Origin: an uncultured Coriobacteriia bacterium
GTDB taxonomy: Bacteria > Actinomycetota > Coriobacteriia > Anaerosomatales > CAVYJL01
Direction of reading: 5' to 3'
DNA: 64,000 nucleotides
Assembly (NCBI GenBank): GCA_963768865.1
Contig: CAVYJL010000008.1
Span: 139,580 to 203,579, forward strand
Made by a program: the position numbers and the translations under genes. This document shows positions 19,315 through 28,012 of this stretch, one piece after another; the stretch's first letter is position 1, and each line of letters opens with the position of its first letter. The notes below the pieces were generated by a model. It saw only the letters and a program-made list of their open reading frames with translations. It made no database searches and was not told the DNA's origin.

Positions 19315-20580
19315 GTGACCCCCGCGTCCAAGATCAGGAAGACCCTGTCCACACGCAGGACCGCCTTCATGGCGGGCCTCGCCGTGCTCGGCCCAGGCAT
19401 CATCGCGGCCTCGGCAGGTAACGACGCCGGCGGAATCTCCACGTATTCCGCCGCGGGCGCGCGCTTTGGCTACCAGATGCTGTGGATGATCTTCGTGATG
19501 ACGTTCTCGCTGGTCATCGTGCAGGAGATGGCGGCGCGCATGGGCGCCGTCACGGGCAAGGGCTTTGCCGCGCTGATCCGCGAGCAGTTCGGCGTGAAGC
19601 TGGCGTTGTTCGCGATGTTCTGCCTGCTCGCGAGCAACGCCGCGACGAGCGTGGCCGAGTTCGCAGGCGTGGGCGCTTCGTTGGAGCTGTTCGGCATATC
19701 CAAGTACATCTCGGTGCCAGTGATAGCGATCGTGGTTTGGGTGCTCGTCACCCGCGGCAACTTCAGCGCCGTGGAGAAGGTGCTCCTGGCGTTGTCGGCC
19801 GTGTTCTTGAGCTACATCATCGCAGGGTTCATGGCCAAGCCGGACTGGGGCACCGTCATCAAGGCCACGTTCATCCCGCAGTTCACGTGGTCGGGGCCGT
19901 TCGTGTCGCTGGTGATCGCGACGATAGGCACGACCATCGCGCCTTGGATGCAGTTCTTCGTCCAGAGCAACATGGTGGACAAGGGCGCGACGGTGGAAGA
20001 GCTCAGGCTGCAGCGGGTGGACGTCGTGGGCGGCGCCATCTCGGCCAACGTCGTCGCGTGGTTCATCATCATGACCACAGGAACGGTGCTCTACCCGGAG
20101 GGCATCAAGGCCACGACGGCCACCCAGGCGGCGCAGGCGCTGGCGCCGCTGGCGGGGCAGTTCGCGACGGTGCTGTTCGCCGTGGGGCTCTTCGGCGCGT
20201 CGATGCTGGCTGCCGCGGTGCTGCCTCTGACCGCCGCCTACGCGATCTGCGAGGCGTTCGGGTGGGAGGCCGGCGTGAACAGGTCGTGGTCCGAAGCCCC
20301 CGCGTTCAACATCATCTTCACCTTCGTCATCTTCTTCGGCGCCGCGGTGATCCTGATCCCCAACGTGAACCTCGTCGGGATCATGATCTTCTCGCAGGTC
20401 ATCAACGGCGTTCTCCTGCCGTTCCTGCTCATCTTCATGATGCTGCTCATCAACGACCGCCGCCTCATGGGCGAGCACGTGAACGGACGCGTCTACAATG
20501 CGATCTCGTGGGCCACGATCGTGGTCGTGCTGGGCCTGTCCGTCGTGCTCATCGTCATGACCGTCCTGGGTATGGCCTAG
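19315..20580 (+). CDS. NRAMP/SLC11-family transporter of the NRMT (NRAMP-related Mg2+ transporter) type
   Basis: NRAMP fold (GPGIIAASAGNDAGGISTYS..MLWMI..QEMAARMG). TM1 reads DAGG instead of DPGN, and TM6 reads TTIAPW instead of A..MPH. These are the N->G, A->T and M->A substitutions I recall as diagnostic of NRMTs. Confidence 0.75.
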   Translation: MTPASKIRKTLSTRRTAFMAGLAVLGPGIIAASAGNDAGGISTYSAAGARFGYQMLWMIFVMTFSLVIVQEMAARMGAVTGKGFAALIREQFGVKLALFAMFCLLASNAATSVAEFAGVGASLELFGISKYISVPVIAIVVWVLVTRGNFSAVEKVLLALSAVFLSYIIAGFMAKPDWGTVIKATFIPQFTWSGPFVSLVIATIGTTIAPWMQFFVQSNMVDKGATVEELRLQRVDVVGGAISANVVAWFIIMTTGTVLYPEGIKATTATQAAQALAPLAGQFATVLFAVGLFGASMLAAAVLPLTAAYAICEAFGWEAGVNRSWSEAPAFNIIFTFVIFFGAAVILIPNVNLVGIMIFSQVINGVLLPFLLIFMMLLINDRRLMGEHVNGRVYNAISWATIVVVLGLSVVLIVMTVLGMA

Positions 20581-20582
20581 GC

Positions 20583-21164
20583 ATGAACGCGAACGATCCC
20601 AAGCGTGAGCTCCGCTCCACCGTGCGCGCCGCACGGGCCGGGCTCTCCTCTTCGCAGCGCGAGGCGGCCGCGGACGCGGTGGCCGAGCGGGCCTCGGCGC
20701 TGCCTGAGACCGCGGGCGTGCGTGTGGTCCTGGGCTACCACGCCCTTGCCGAGGAGCTGGACCCCGCGCCGCTGCTGGAGACGCTGCGCGCTCAAGGCGC
20801 GCGGGTCGCGCTCCCGCGCGTGGCCGGTGAGGGGATGCTCACGTTCCACTGGGTCGATGACCCTGCCGCGCTCGTGACGGGGTCGATGGGCATCATGGAG
20901 CCGCGCGCCGGCTCGCCGGGCCCCGAGCTCGAGGAAGTGGACCTCGTCCTGGTGCCGGGGGTGGCCTTTGACGAGCGCTGTTGCAGACTGGGTTTCGGCG
21001 GTGGCTTCTACGACCGGCTCCTGGCCGAGCTGCCGGCGCGCACGGCGCTCGTGGGCCTCGCCTACGACGTGCAGATAGTCCCCGAGATCCCGATGGCGGA
21101 GCACGATCGCCCCGTGCACATGATCGTCACGCCCAGCGGCGTCTACCGGTCAGCTAGGGGCTAG
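20583..21164 (+). CDS. 5-formyltetrahydrofolate cyclo-ligase
   Basis: Family motifs LRSTVRAAR.., LVLVPGVAFDERCCRLGFGGGFYDR and DRPVHMIVTP. Confidence 0.85.
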   Translation: MNANDPKRELRSTVRAARAGLSSSQREAAADAVAERASALPETAGVRVVLGYHALAEELDPAPLLETLRAQGARVALPRVAGEGMLTFHWVDDPAALVTGSMGIMEPRAGSPGPELEEVDLVLVPGVAFDERCCRLGFGGGFYDRLLAELPARTALVGLAYDVQIVPEIPMAEHDRPVHMIVTPSGVYRSARG

Positions 21165-21225
21165 GACGTCCCCCAGGGACGGGACCGGGCCGCCGGACAC
21201 AAGGCCCCGCCCGGCCGCGGCGGGC

Positions 21226-22435
21226 CTACCTCTTGGCCGCCGCGGAGACCGCGTAGAGCTGGTCCATGGTCACGAACTGGTAGCCCTGCGCGCGCAGCCG
21301 CTGGATGATCACCGGCAACGCGGCCACCGTGTTGGTGCGGTCCCCTCCGCCGTCGTGCATGAGCACGACCCGGCCCGGGCGCGCCGCGTTCACGACACGA
21401 TCCGCGATGACGGCCGCGGGCGGGCGTCGCCAATCCATCGGGTCCACGTCCCATAGCACGAGGTGCACCTTGGCGTCCGCGGCCTGCGCATAGACGCTCC
21501 CGTTCACGGCGCCGTACGGGGGCCTGAACCAGATCGGCCAGGCGCCGGTGATCTTCTGCAGCTCGTCCTCGGCGGACCGGATTCTCCCACGAGACCGCGG
21601 CCGGAGGCGCTTTGGCCAGGTCGCGGTGGTCCCAGGTGTGCGTGCCGATGGCACTGCCCTGCTGCTTCACGTCCTTGACGACCTGCGGGTATCGCTTGGC
21701 CTGCTGGCCCAGCATGAAGAAGGTGGCCCTTACGTTGTTCTGCTTGAGGATGGCCAGGATGGCCTCGGTGCTCTTGGGCCACGGGCCGTCGTCGAACGTG
21801 AGCGCGATCAGCTTGCCCACCCCGCCTGGCCGGGTGCGCAGGAACACGGCCGGCGTGGCCTTGACCAGCGTCCGCGAGGACACGATCTCGCCCGAGACGC
21901 GGCCGCGGGTCTGGTCCGCGAGGCCCACGCTGCCGGGCGCGGTCATGAACACGAGCGGGCCGCTGCCCTGGAACTCCGAGCGGATGGGCAGTGCCACGCG
22001 CGTGGTCACCACGGATTCGACCGCGTCCGTCCCGTTCATGCTGATCACAGGCGTCCACGGCCATACACGAGTGGACGGGATCGCCGGCTTGCCGGCGACC
22101 GTGACGACCGCGCGTGTCCCGCCGTTCTCCCGCAAGATCCTGTGCCGCTTGACCGACAGCAGCCGGCCGTTGTGAACGCTGATGTAGTGCTGGTCGGTGA
22201 GCTTGGCCACGGTGACGCCGATGGGCGCGCTCTGCGCCTTGCCGTCGATGGTCACCGGGACCTTCAAGAAGAGGACGGCGGCCACACCCAGGATCACGAT
22301 GGCGACCAGGGCGCCGCCCAGGGCCGCGGCCCAGGTGAGCGCGCGGCTGTGGCGCGGTCCGTCGGATCCGCTCGCGTGTCCGCTCGTGGCCGACGGTCCC
22401 CCGTGGGGAGGTATCTGTTCCTGGTGCGAAGGCAT
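21226..22435 (-). CDS. Membrane-anchored polysaccharide deacetylase (NodB/PgdA family); one frameshift near 21580-21585
   Basis: One TM helix is followed by a beta-rich spacer and then the NodB motifs LTFDDGP and HTWDHRDL. The C-terminal ORF 21226..21654 contributes FRPPYG and VVLMHDGG. The junction reads ..AAVSWE|IRSAEDELQKITG.. after removing one base in GAGAATCC. Confidence 0.8.
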
Positions 22436-22440
22436 GGTGC

Positions 22441-22936
22441 TCAGGCCTGCGATATCCGTGCCACGCGCCCGCCGGTCACGGCCATGAGCTGGTCGATCGT
22501 CAGGTGCACCATCGAGTTGGGCGTACCGCCGGCCGTGTAGACTTCGCCGAATCTCGAGAAGGAATCGTCCACCAGCACCGTGAGGTGCGCGGGGAGGTCG
22601 AACGGGCTCACGCCGCCTATCGCATAGCCGGTCGCCTCTCGCACCGTGTCCGCGTCTGCGAACCTCACCTCGCCCAAGCCCGCCTCGGCGGCGATAGCGG
22701 CGGGGTCGCCGCGGCGGTCGCCGGCAACTAGCGCGAGCACCGGAGCGCCGGCCTCGATCCACGAACACGAGCGACTTCACGATCTGGCCGAGCTCACAGC
22801 CCACCGCGTCGGCAGCGAGCTGAGCGGTCTTGGTGGATTCCTCGAACGTGACCACTCGGTCCGCGAGCCCGTGCTCGGAGAGGTAAGCGGTCACGCGCTC
22901 CAGCGAGTTCCGCTTGCGCGGTCCGGTATCAGCCAT
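22441..22936 (-). CDS. YbaK/EbsC-type aminoacyl-tRNA deacylase; one frameshift near 22755-22762
   Basis: N-terminal piece is ..LSEHGLADRVVTFEESTKTAQLAADAVGCELGQIVKSLVFV. The C-terminal ORF 22441..22740 reads ..LALVAGDRRGD..ATGYAIGGVSPF. The junction lies within GTGGATCGAG. Confidence 0.75.
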
Positions 22937-23033
22937 GGTTCACCTCGGGTGCGACGAAGAGTGCGACGGTGCAGGCGGGGTCCTGACGAGTCTACGTCAG
23001 TTCACGGCAACAGCGAAAACGGCATACCGCTCG

Positions 23034-23672
23034 TTACGTGGAGGTCGCGTTGGTGGACGCGCCCGGCACACGCTGCGGCGTCAGCCGCAAGGTCACGGCC
23101 TCGAGCGCCGCCTCGAACGTGTCGTTCCAGGCCTCGAGCGCCTCGAGCTCCATCCGCAGGAGCGGCACGTCCGGATTGGGGCGCACCACCGTGAAGCCGT
23201 GGCGGAGCAGGAAGTTGGCCGTGATGTACGGCGAGTCCTCGCCGGTGGGCTCCACCGACCCGTAGGCCTCCACGATGCGCTCCCCTCGGCTGCGCAGGTC
23301 CGACAGCGCCGCCTGCAACAGCAACGTCCCCAGGCCGAGGTTGCGCGCCTCTTCGCGTATGTGGAGGCAGGCGATCAGAACGGCGTCGGTGGACGCGGGC
23401 CCCGCGGGCAGCGCGCCTCCGGCGCGGCGGAAGTAGCGCGTGGGCGCGTACTTGATGAAGCCCAGCGCCTCCCTATCCTGGTACGCGATACGCCCCGGGT
23501 CGCCCCACTCGTCGCGGACCGTGCGGTACCAGGCTTCCTGCACGTCGCTGCGCTTCAGCGATCCGCAACGATGCTTGGCGGGAGCGCCTTCCTCCCAGAA
23601 ACGGCAGCGCGCGCACTCGTCGTAGAGGTCCTCGGCACGAGTGAACGTGAGCGGTCTGAGTTTGCGGGCCAT
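23034..23672 (-). CDS. GNAT-family acetyltransferase with an N-terminal Cys motif
   Basis: ATG 23672 (MARKLRPLTF..), then CARCRFWEE..HRCGS and GNAT motif A (REEARNLGLGTLLLQAALSDLRSRG). Confidence 0.7.
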   Translation of the reverse strand: MARKLRPLTFTRAEDLYDECARCRFWEEGAPAKHRCGSLKRSDVQEAWYRTVRDEWGDPGRIAYQDREALGFIKYAPTRYFRRAGGALPAGPASTDAVLIACLHIREEARNLGLGTLLLQAALSDLRSRGERIVEAYGSVEPTGEDSPYITANFLLRHGFTVVRPNPDVPLLRMELEALEAWNDTFEAALEAVTLRLTPQRVPGASTNATST

Positions 23673-23685
23673 GGACCATGCCCTC

Positions 23686-24435
23686 TCAGTCGTCGTCGTC
23701 CTGGCGCTTCTCGAAATCTTCGAGCCCCTTGAGGGCGGCCTTGCGCGTGCCCCCGATGAGCTTGCCGATGCTGCGGCCCACCTTGTCGGGGTCGTACGCC
23801 TTCGCGGCGGCCTTGGCCGCCTTGGACTCCGAGACCGCCTTGTTCGCCTTGTCCACGATCCGTTCGCCGTGGACCTTCGCGTACGCGGACGCGGCGCCCG
23901 CCAGCTGTGCCGCCCCGCCGGCCAGCTCGCCGGCATCCAGCCCCTCCACGGTCACGACCACGGCCGCGCCGTCGAAGCCCTTCACGTGAGAACCGTCGAT
24001 GACGGTGGCGCCCACGGCGACATCCTTCGTTGGCCCGCTCGAGATCACGAGCGAGCGCACGGTGCCTTTGCGCCGGCCGAAGCCCACGTCCTTGACCCAG
24101 CCCTCGCGCTCGCCGTGCGGGTCGTTGACCGGCATCCCCCGCCACACGACGGTCGTGTGGTAGTCGAAGCCGAGCTCCTTCTTCGCCTGCCTGTCCCTCA
24201 TTAGCTTGTCCACGTCGGCCCGGATCGCCTTGCCGGCGATGACCTCGTGCGCGCTGGGGAACGGGACGAATCGCGGCTTGAGCAGCTTCACGACCCCGCC
24301 CACCTTGGGCGGATGCACCAAGAAGCCTACGACGCGCGGCTCGCTGGGATGGAAGAGGACCTCGGCTATGGTGCCCAGGGCACTACCGTCGGCGGCCACC
24401 ACCTTGGCGTCTTCTATCTCGGAGATCCTGGGCAT
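23686..24435 (-). CDS. PRC-barrel domain protein
   Basis: Two PRC-like barrels (AKVVAADGSALGTIAEVLFHP..; WVKDVGFGRRKGTVRSLVIS) followed by a Lys/Ala-rich acidic tail. Confidence 0.65.
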   Translation of the reverse strand: MPRISEIEDAKVVAADGSALGTIAEVLFHPSEPRVVGFLVHPPKVGGVVKLLKPRFVPFPSAHEVIAGKAIRADVDKLMRDRQAKKELGFDYHTTVVWRGMPVNDPHGEREGWVKDVGFGRRKGTVRSLVISSGPTKDVAVGATVIDGSHVKGFDGAAVVVTVEGLDAGELAGGAAQLAGAASAYAKVHGERIVDKANKAVSESKAAKAAAKAYDPDKVGRSIGKLIGGTRKAALKGLEDFEKRQDDDD

Positions 24436-24516
24436 GGCTCGATTCTACCCGCGACGCGAAGGCGGCCGCGGGCTCGAGGAGCCGCGGCCGCCGTTCGGTG
24501 CGTTGTGACGGGGACG

Positions 24517-25092
24517 CTACTGGGCGGCCGGCTTGGGTGTGGCGGGAGCCTTGAGGTCGGCGCCGGGCAGCGACTCGGAGACCTTGGGCGCGGCGTCCTT
24601 GGGAGCCGTGTCCTTTGCGGCCTTGAGGTCCTCGGGCGCGGCCTTGGCCACGTCCTGGAGCGTAGCGGCGCCCTGCTGGATGCCGGCGCCCGCCTTCTGC
24701 GCGGCGCTCGAGACCTCGGTCGCGGCGGTCTTGACGCCCTCGGTAGCGGCCTGCAGATGCGGCGTGACGCTCTCGGAGGTCTGGCCCACCTGCGCGCGCA
24801 GACGCTCGCGTGCCTCGTCGATCTTGGTCTTGATCTCGTCGGCCTTCTCGGAGTACTGAGACTTGCCCTGGTCCATGGCTTCCTGGATCTTGGCGGAGTT
24901 CTCGTCGTAGACGCCCTTGCCCTTCTCGACAAGGTCGTCCATCTGGGCCTGGATCATCTTGCGGCTCTCCTCGCCGGAACGCGGCGCGAAGAGGATGCCC
25001 AGCACGGCTCCGATGAGGCCGCCCAGCAGGAACGCAAGCAGCACGGCGAGACCGTTGCCTCCGCCGCCACCGCGGTAGTAACCATCATTCAT
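24517..25092 (-). CDS. YtxH-domain general-stress-type membrane protein
   Basis: N-terminal helix plus the YtxH signature (LLGGLIGAVLGILFAPRSGEESR), then long amphipathic Lys/Ala/Glu-rich repeats. Confidence 0.75.
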   Translation of the reverse strand: MNDGYYRGGGGGNGLAVLLAFLLGGLIGAVLGILFAPRSGEESRKMIQAQMDDLVEKGKGVYDENSAKIQEAMDQGKSQYSEKADEIKTKIDEARERLRAQVGQTSESVTPHLQAATEGVKTAATEVSSAAQKAGAGIQQGAATLQDVAKAAPEDLKAAKDTAPKDAAPKVSESLPGADLKAPATPKPAAQ

Positions 25093-25340
25093 GGCCGATC
25101 ACTCCTCCCTCTCCAAGGGTCGTACGAATAGAACGGCCCTCTAGGGCCGAGGCCATCCCGCAAGCAGGAACATACCCAGAGCCTGCCGCGCGCACACTGG
25201 TGACTGCCGAGGCGGCCGGTGGCTCTGACCTGCTGTGTCGTGCCTCCGAGTATGGCAGATGCTTACATGGCGGGCGAGCCACGCGGAGGCAACGGCGCGC
25301 GGGCAGGAGCCGGCGGCCGCCAAGGTCTCTGGCGCACGGC

Positions 25341-26294
25341 CTATCGCCTGCTCAGGGCCGCCTTCACGAGAAGGTCGCAGACCTGGGCGAAGGTGAGGCC
25401 TTGAGCCTCCACCGCCATGGGCAGCAGCGAGGTCTCGGTCATGCCGGGGCTCGTGTTGCACTCTATGACGACCGGCGTGCCGTCGTCCGTGAGGATGAGG
25501 TCGGTGCGCGAGACGTCGCGGCACCCCAGGATCGTGTGGACCTTCAAGGCGGCGTCGCGGACCGCGGCGTCCTGCTCCGGCGTGAGCCGAGCCGGCGCGA
25601 AGTACTCGACCGCGTCGGGCTCGAAACGCGCCTCGTAGGCGAAGACGCCGCCCCGGGCTACGATCTCCACGGGCGGAAGGGCGCACGGCCCCTCCCCGCC
25701 GCAGTCGTCGAGCACGGACACGGCGAGCTCGATGCCCTCCACGCGGTGCTCCACGAGCACCTTCGTGTCGAAGCCCAGCGCGCTGACGATGGCGTCGGCC
25801 AGCCCGGCCGGCTCGTCCACGCGCGCGAGGCCCAGCGCGGAGCCTTGCCGAGCCGGCTTCACGATGGCGGGCAATCCGCCTATCGCATCCGGGATGAGGT
25901 CGAGCGACCGGGCCGCGCCCATCTCCTTCACACCGTCCACGGACAACGCCACCGACGCCGGGACCGCCACGCCCTGAGCGGCGATGATGCGCTTGGACAG
26001 GTCCTTGTCCCAGGCCAGCGCGCTCGCGAGGACGCCGGGACCGGTGTACGGGATGCCCAGGAACTCGAGCATCTCCTGGATGGTGCCGTCCTCGCCGAGC
26101 TTGCCGTGCAGGGCGATGAACACCGCATCGGGCTTCTCGGAACGCAGCGTGTCCACGAGCTCGGGTATGAGGTCCAGCGCCACCACGTGGTAGCCCGACT
26201 CGCGCAGAGCGGACACCACGTGCGCACCGCTAGCCAGCGAGACCTCTCGCTCGAGGCTTCGTCCACCGGCCAGGACCGCGATCTTCTCGCTCAC
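25341..26294 (-). CDS. ddl: D-alanine--D-alanine ligase
   Basis: KIAVLAGGRSLEREVSLASG, ATP-grasp core and C-terminal ECNTSPGMTETSL. GTG 26294 overlaps the aminotransferase stop (GTGA) and has GAGGGGGA upstream. Confidence 0.9.
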   Translation of the reverse strand: MSEKIAVLAGGRSLEREVSLASGAHVVSALRESGYHVVALDLIPELVDTLRSEKPDAVFIALHGKLGEDGTIQEMLEFLGIPYTGPGVLASALAWDKDLSKRIIAAQGVAVPASVALSVDGVKEMGAARSLDLIPDAIGGLPAIVKPARQGSALGLARVDEPAGLADAIVSALGFDTKVLVEHRVEGIELAVSVLDDCGGEGPCALPPVEIVARGGVFAYEARFEPDAVEYFAPARLTPEQDAAVRDAALKVHTILGCRDVSRTDLILTDDGTPVVIECNTSPGMTETSLLPMAVEAQGLTFAQVCDLLVKAALSRR

Positions 26295-27604
26295 GAGCCG
26301 TCCCCCTCGGAAGTAGAACCTGCAGTCACGGGCGCCGGACCGCCCGCGCCCTCGTCGGCGATGGCTCCCGCCGACACGAACGCACGGTACACCTCCAGGC
26401 GGTCTTCGAGCACCTCGCCCAGACGCCGGATACCCTCGGTGATCTGCTCGGGCTCCGCGTAACAGAACGCGAGCCTCATCGAGCTGCTGCCGCGGCCGTC
26501 CGCGAAGAAGTCGTCGCCGGGCACGAAGGTCACGCCGTTCTCCACCGCCTCGGCAAGGACGGCGCCGGTGTCGACGTGCTTGGGCAGCGTGACCCACACG
26601 AAGAAGCCGCCCTCGGGGCGGGTCCAGCTCGCCTCGGCGGGGAAGTGCTCGGCCAGCGCGGCCAGCATCGCGTCGCGGCGCTCACGGTAGACGTCGGTCA
26701 GGTCGCGAAGCACCGCGCGCCAGCGTTCGTGGGCGAAGTAGTGGAGCACGACCGACTGGGTGAAGTTGCTGCCGCACAGGTCGGCGCCCTGCTTCGCGAG
26801 CAGGACGCGCGCGCGCACCGCGGCCGGTGCGGCCATCCACCCCAAGCGCAGGCCCGGCGCGAAGATCTTGGAGAACGTGCCGAGGTAGATGACGTCCGGG
26901 TCGATGGCCTTGAGCGGGAGGATGTGGCCGCCCTCGAAACGCAGGCGGCCGTACGGGTCATCCTCCACGACGAGAACCCGGTACTCGCGCGCAAGCTCCA
27001 GAAGGCGGCGCCGGCGATCGGGGGTCATGGTGACGCCCGCGGGGTTCTGGAAGTTCGGGATCGTGTAGATGAACTTGGCGCCGCCGGGCCCCAGCGCCGC
27101 GAGCTCGGCTTCGAGCAGGTCCATGCGCATGCCGTGCTCGTCCATCTCCACGGAGACGATATGCGGCTGATAGGCGCTGAAGGCCTGCAGCGCGCCCACG
27201 TACGTGGGGCCTTCGCAGATGATGGTGTCGCCCGGGTCCACCAGCGTCTTGGCCAGCAGGTCGAGCCCCTGCTGCGCGCCGGCCGTGACCACGATGTCGG
27301 CGGCCTTCACGCGCACGCCCGACTCGGCCATGAGCGCGACGATGCGTTCGCGCAGCCCCGGCACCCCGTCTGAGGAGCCGTACTGCAGCGCGGTGCCGGC
27401 GTCCTGGGCAAGGGCCTCTTGCAGGGCGCGGTTCACGGCATCGGTGGGGATGCGGCGTACATCGGGCATGCCGCCCGACAGCGAGATGACGTCGGGACGC
27501 GACGCCGCGGCGAACAGGTCCCTGACGGCGCTGCTGCGCATCGCGGTCATCCGCTCCGCGTAGCTGTCTTCCCATCGGTCGAAGGTGATCCTCGCGGTAC
27601 CCAT
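26291..27604 (-). CDS. PLP-dependent aminotransferase, class I/II fold (LysN/ARO8-like); specificity unknown
   Basis: SLSGGMPD.., NPAGVTM and PLP-lysine region GTFSKIFAPGLRLGW. ATG 27604 has GAGGAG 7 nt upstream. Confidence 0.85.
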   Translation of the reverse strand: MGTARITFDRWEDSYAERMTAMRSSAVRDLFAAASRPDVISLSGGMPDVRRIPTDAVNRALQEALAQDAGTALQYGSSDGVPGLRERIVALMAESGVRVKAADIVVTAGAQQGLDLLAKTLVDPGDTIICEGPTYVGALQAFSAYQPHIVSVEMDEHGMRMDLLEAELAALGPGGAKFIYTIPNFQNPAGVTMTPDRRRRLLELAREYRVLVVEDDPYGRLRFEGGHILPLKAIDPDVIYLGTFSKIFAPGLRLGWMAAPAAVRARVLLAKQGADLCGSNFTQSVVLHYFAHERWRAVLRDLTDVYRERRDAMLAALAEHFPAEASWTRPEGGFFVWVTLPKHVDTGAVLAEAVENGVTFVPGDDFFADGRGSSSMRLAFCYAEPEQITEGIRRLGEVLEDRLEVYRAFVSAGAIADEGAGGPAPVTAGSTSEGDGS

Positions 27605-27654
27605 CGTGTGCTCCTCGCACGAGGTTCCCGGGCCGGCTTCACGCCACATTCTGC

Positions 27655-27950
27655 CCAAGAACAGACAAACGCCCCCTCACCTCTGATAGGGCGAGGGGGC
27701 ATCGCGGTACCACCTATCTTCGCCCCTGCCGGATTCGCGCCGCGCCCCCTGAGGGGTGCCGCTCCGGCAGAGACCTTGTTGCCCGGATAACGGTCGGGAC
27801 CGTCCCGCTTCCGGTCCTCGGCCCTGCGGCCGCGACCCTGGCGGGGGACCTAGGAGGGGTGGCTGGGCCGCTCACGCGAGCCCTCTTCCCTCACGTCCGT
27901 GCTGTCGCTGTGCGGTTGTAAGACCCGTGCCGAATGCAACTCGCCGGGTG
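27655..27950 (-). promoter_or_regulatory. T-box riboswitch leader (transcription-termination type)
   Basis: On the minus strand the T-box sequence AAGATAGGTGGTACCGCG lies at 27703-27720 and the F-box CCGTTA lies upstream of it. A Stem III hairpin (CCGGA..TCCGG) is present, as is an AG-box-like AAGAGG with a GTGA-containing distal loop. The antiterminator stem is GGGCGA/TCGCCC. It competes with the terminator GCCCCCTC..GAGGGGGC (27671-27700), which is followed by GTTTGTCTGTTCTT. Confidence 0.75.
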
Positions 27951-27956
27951 TCGGGG

Positions 27957-27986
27957 ACGGTAGCACGGCACGCCGCCGCAGGTCAA
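27957..27986 (-). promoter_or_regulatory. Candidate promoter of the T-box leader
   Basis: On the minus strand, TTGACC (27986..27981), 18 nt, then TACCGT (27962..27957, TAnnnT type). It sits just downstream of the preceding lipoprotein gene. Confidence 0.45.
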
Positions 27987-28012
27987 CGCCCCTTCTGCCG
28001 CTACCGGCCAGA

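Noticed and set aside
17025-19442. Very long ORFs antisense to, or out of frame with, real genes. Examples are 17025..19442 (805 aa), 488..1855, 241..1662, 30154..31926, 32608..34767, 52814..54619, 45373..46965, 40163-region shadows and 19228..20634.
   Set aside because: Their translations are Arg/Gly/Pro/His-rich with no motifs, and they overlap genes with clear family signatures on the other strand or frame. Such shadow ORFs are expected in DNA this GC-rich because stop codons are rare.
27790-27815. GAA-GCG-G read as the T-box specifier (Ala, GCG).
   Set aside because: The triplet lies in the 9-nt terminal loop of a perfect 6-bp hairpin (GGACCG..CGGTCC) immediately upstream of the F-box. 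That places it in the Stem IIA/B region, not in the Stem I specifier loop.
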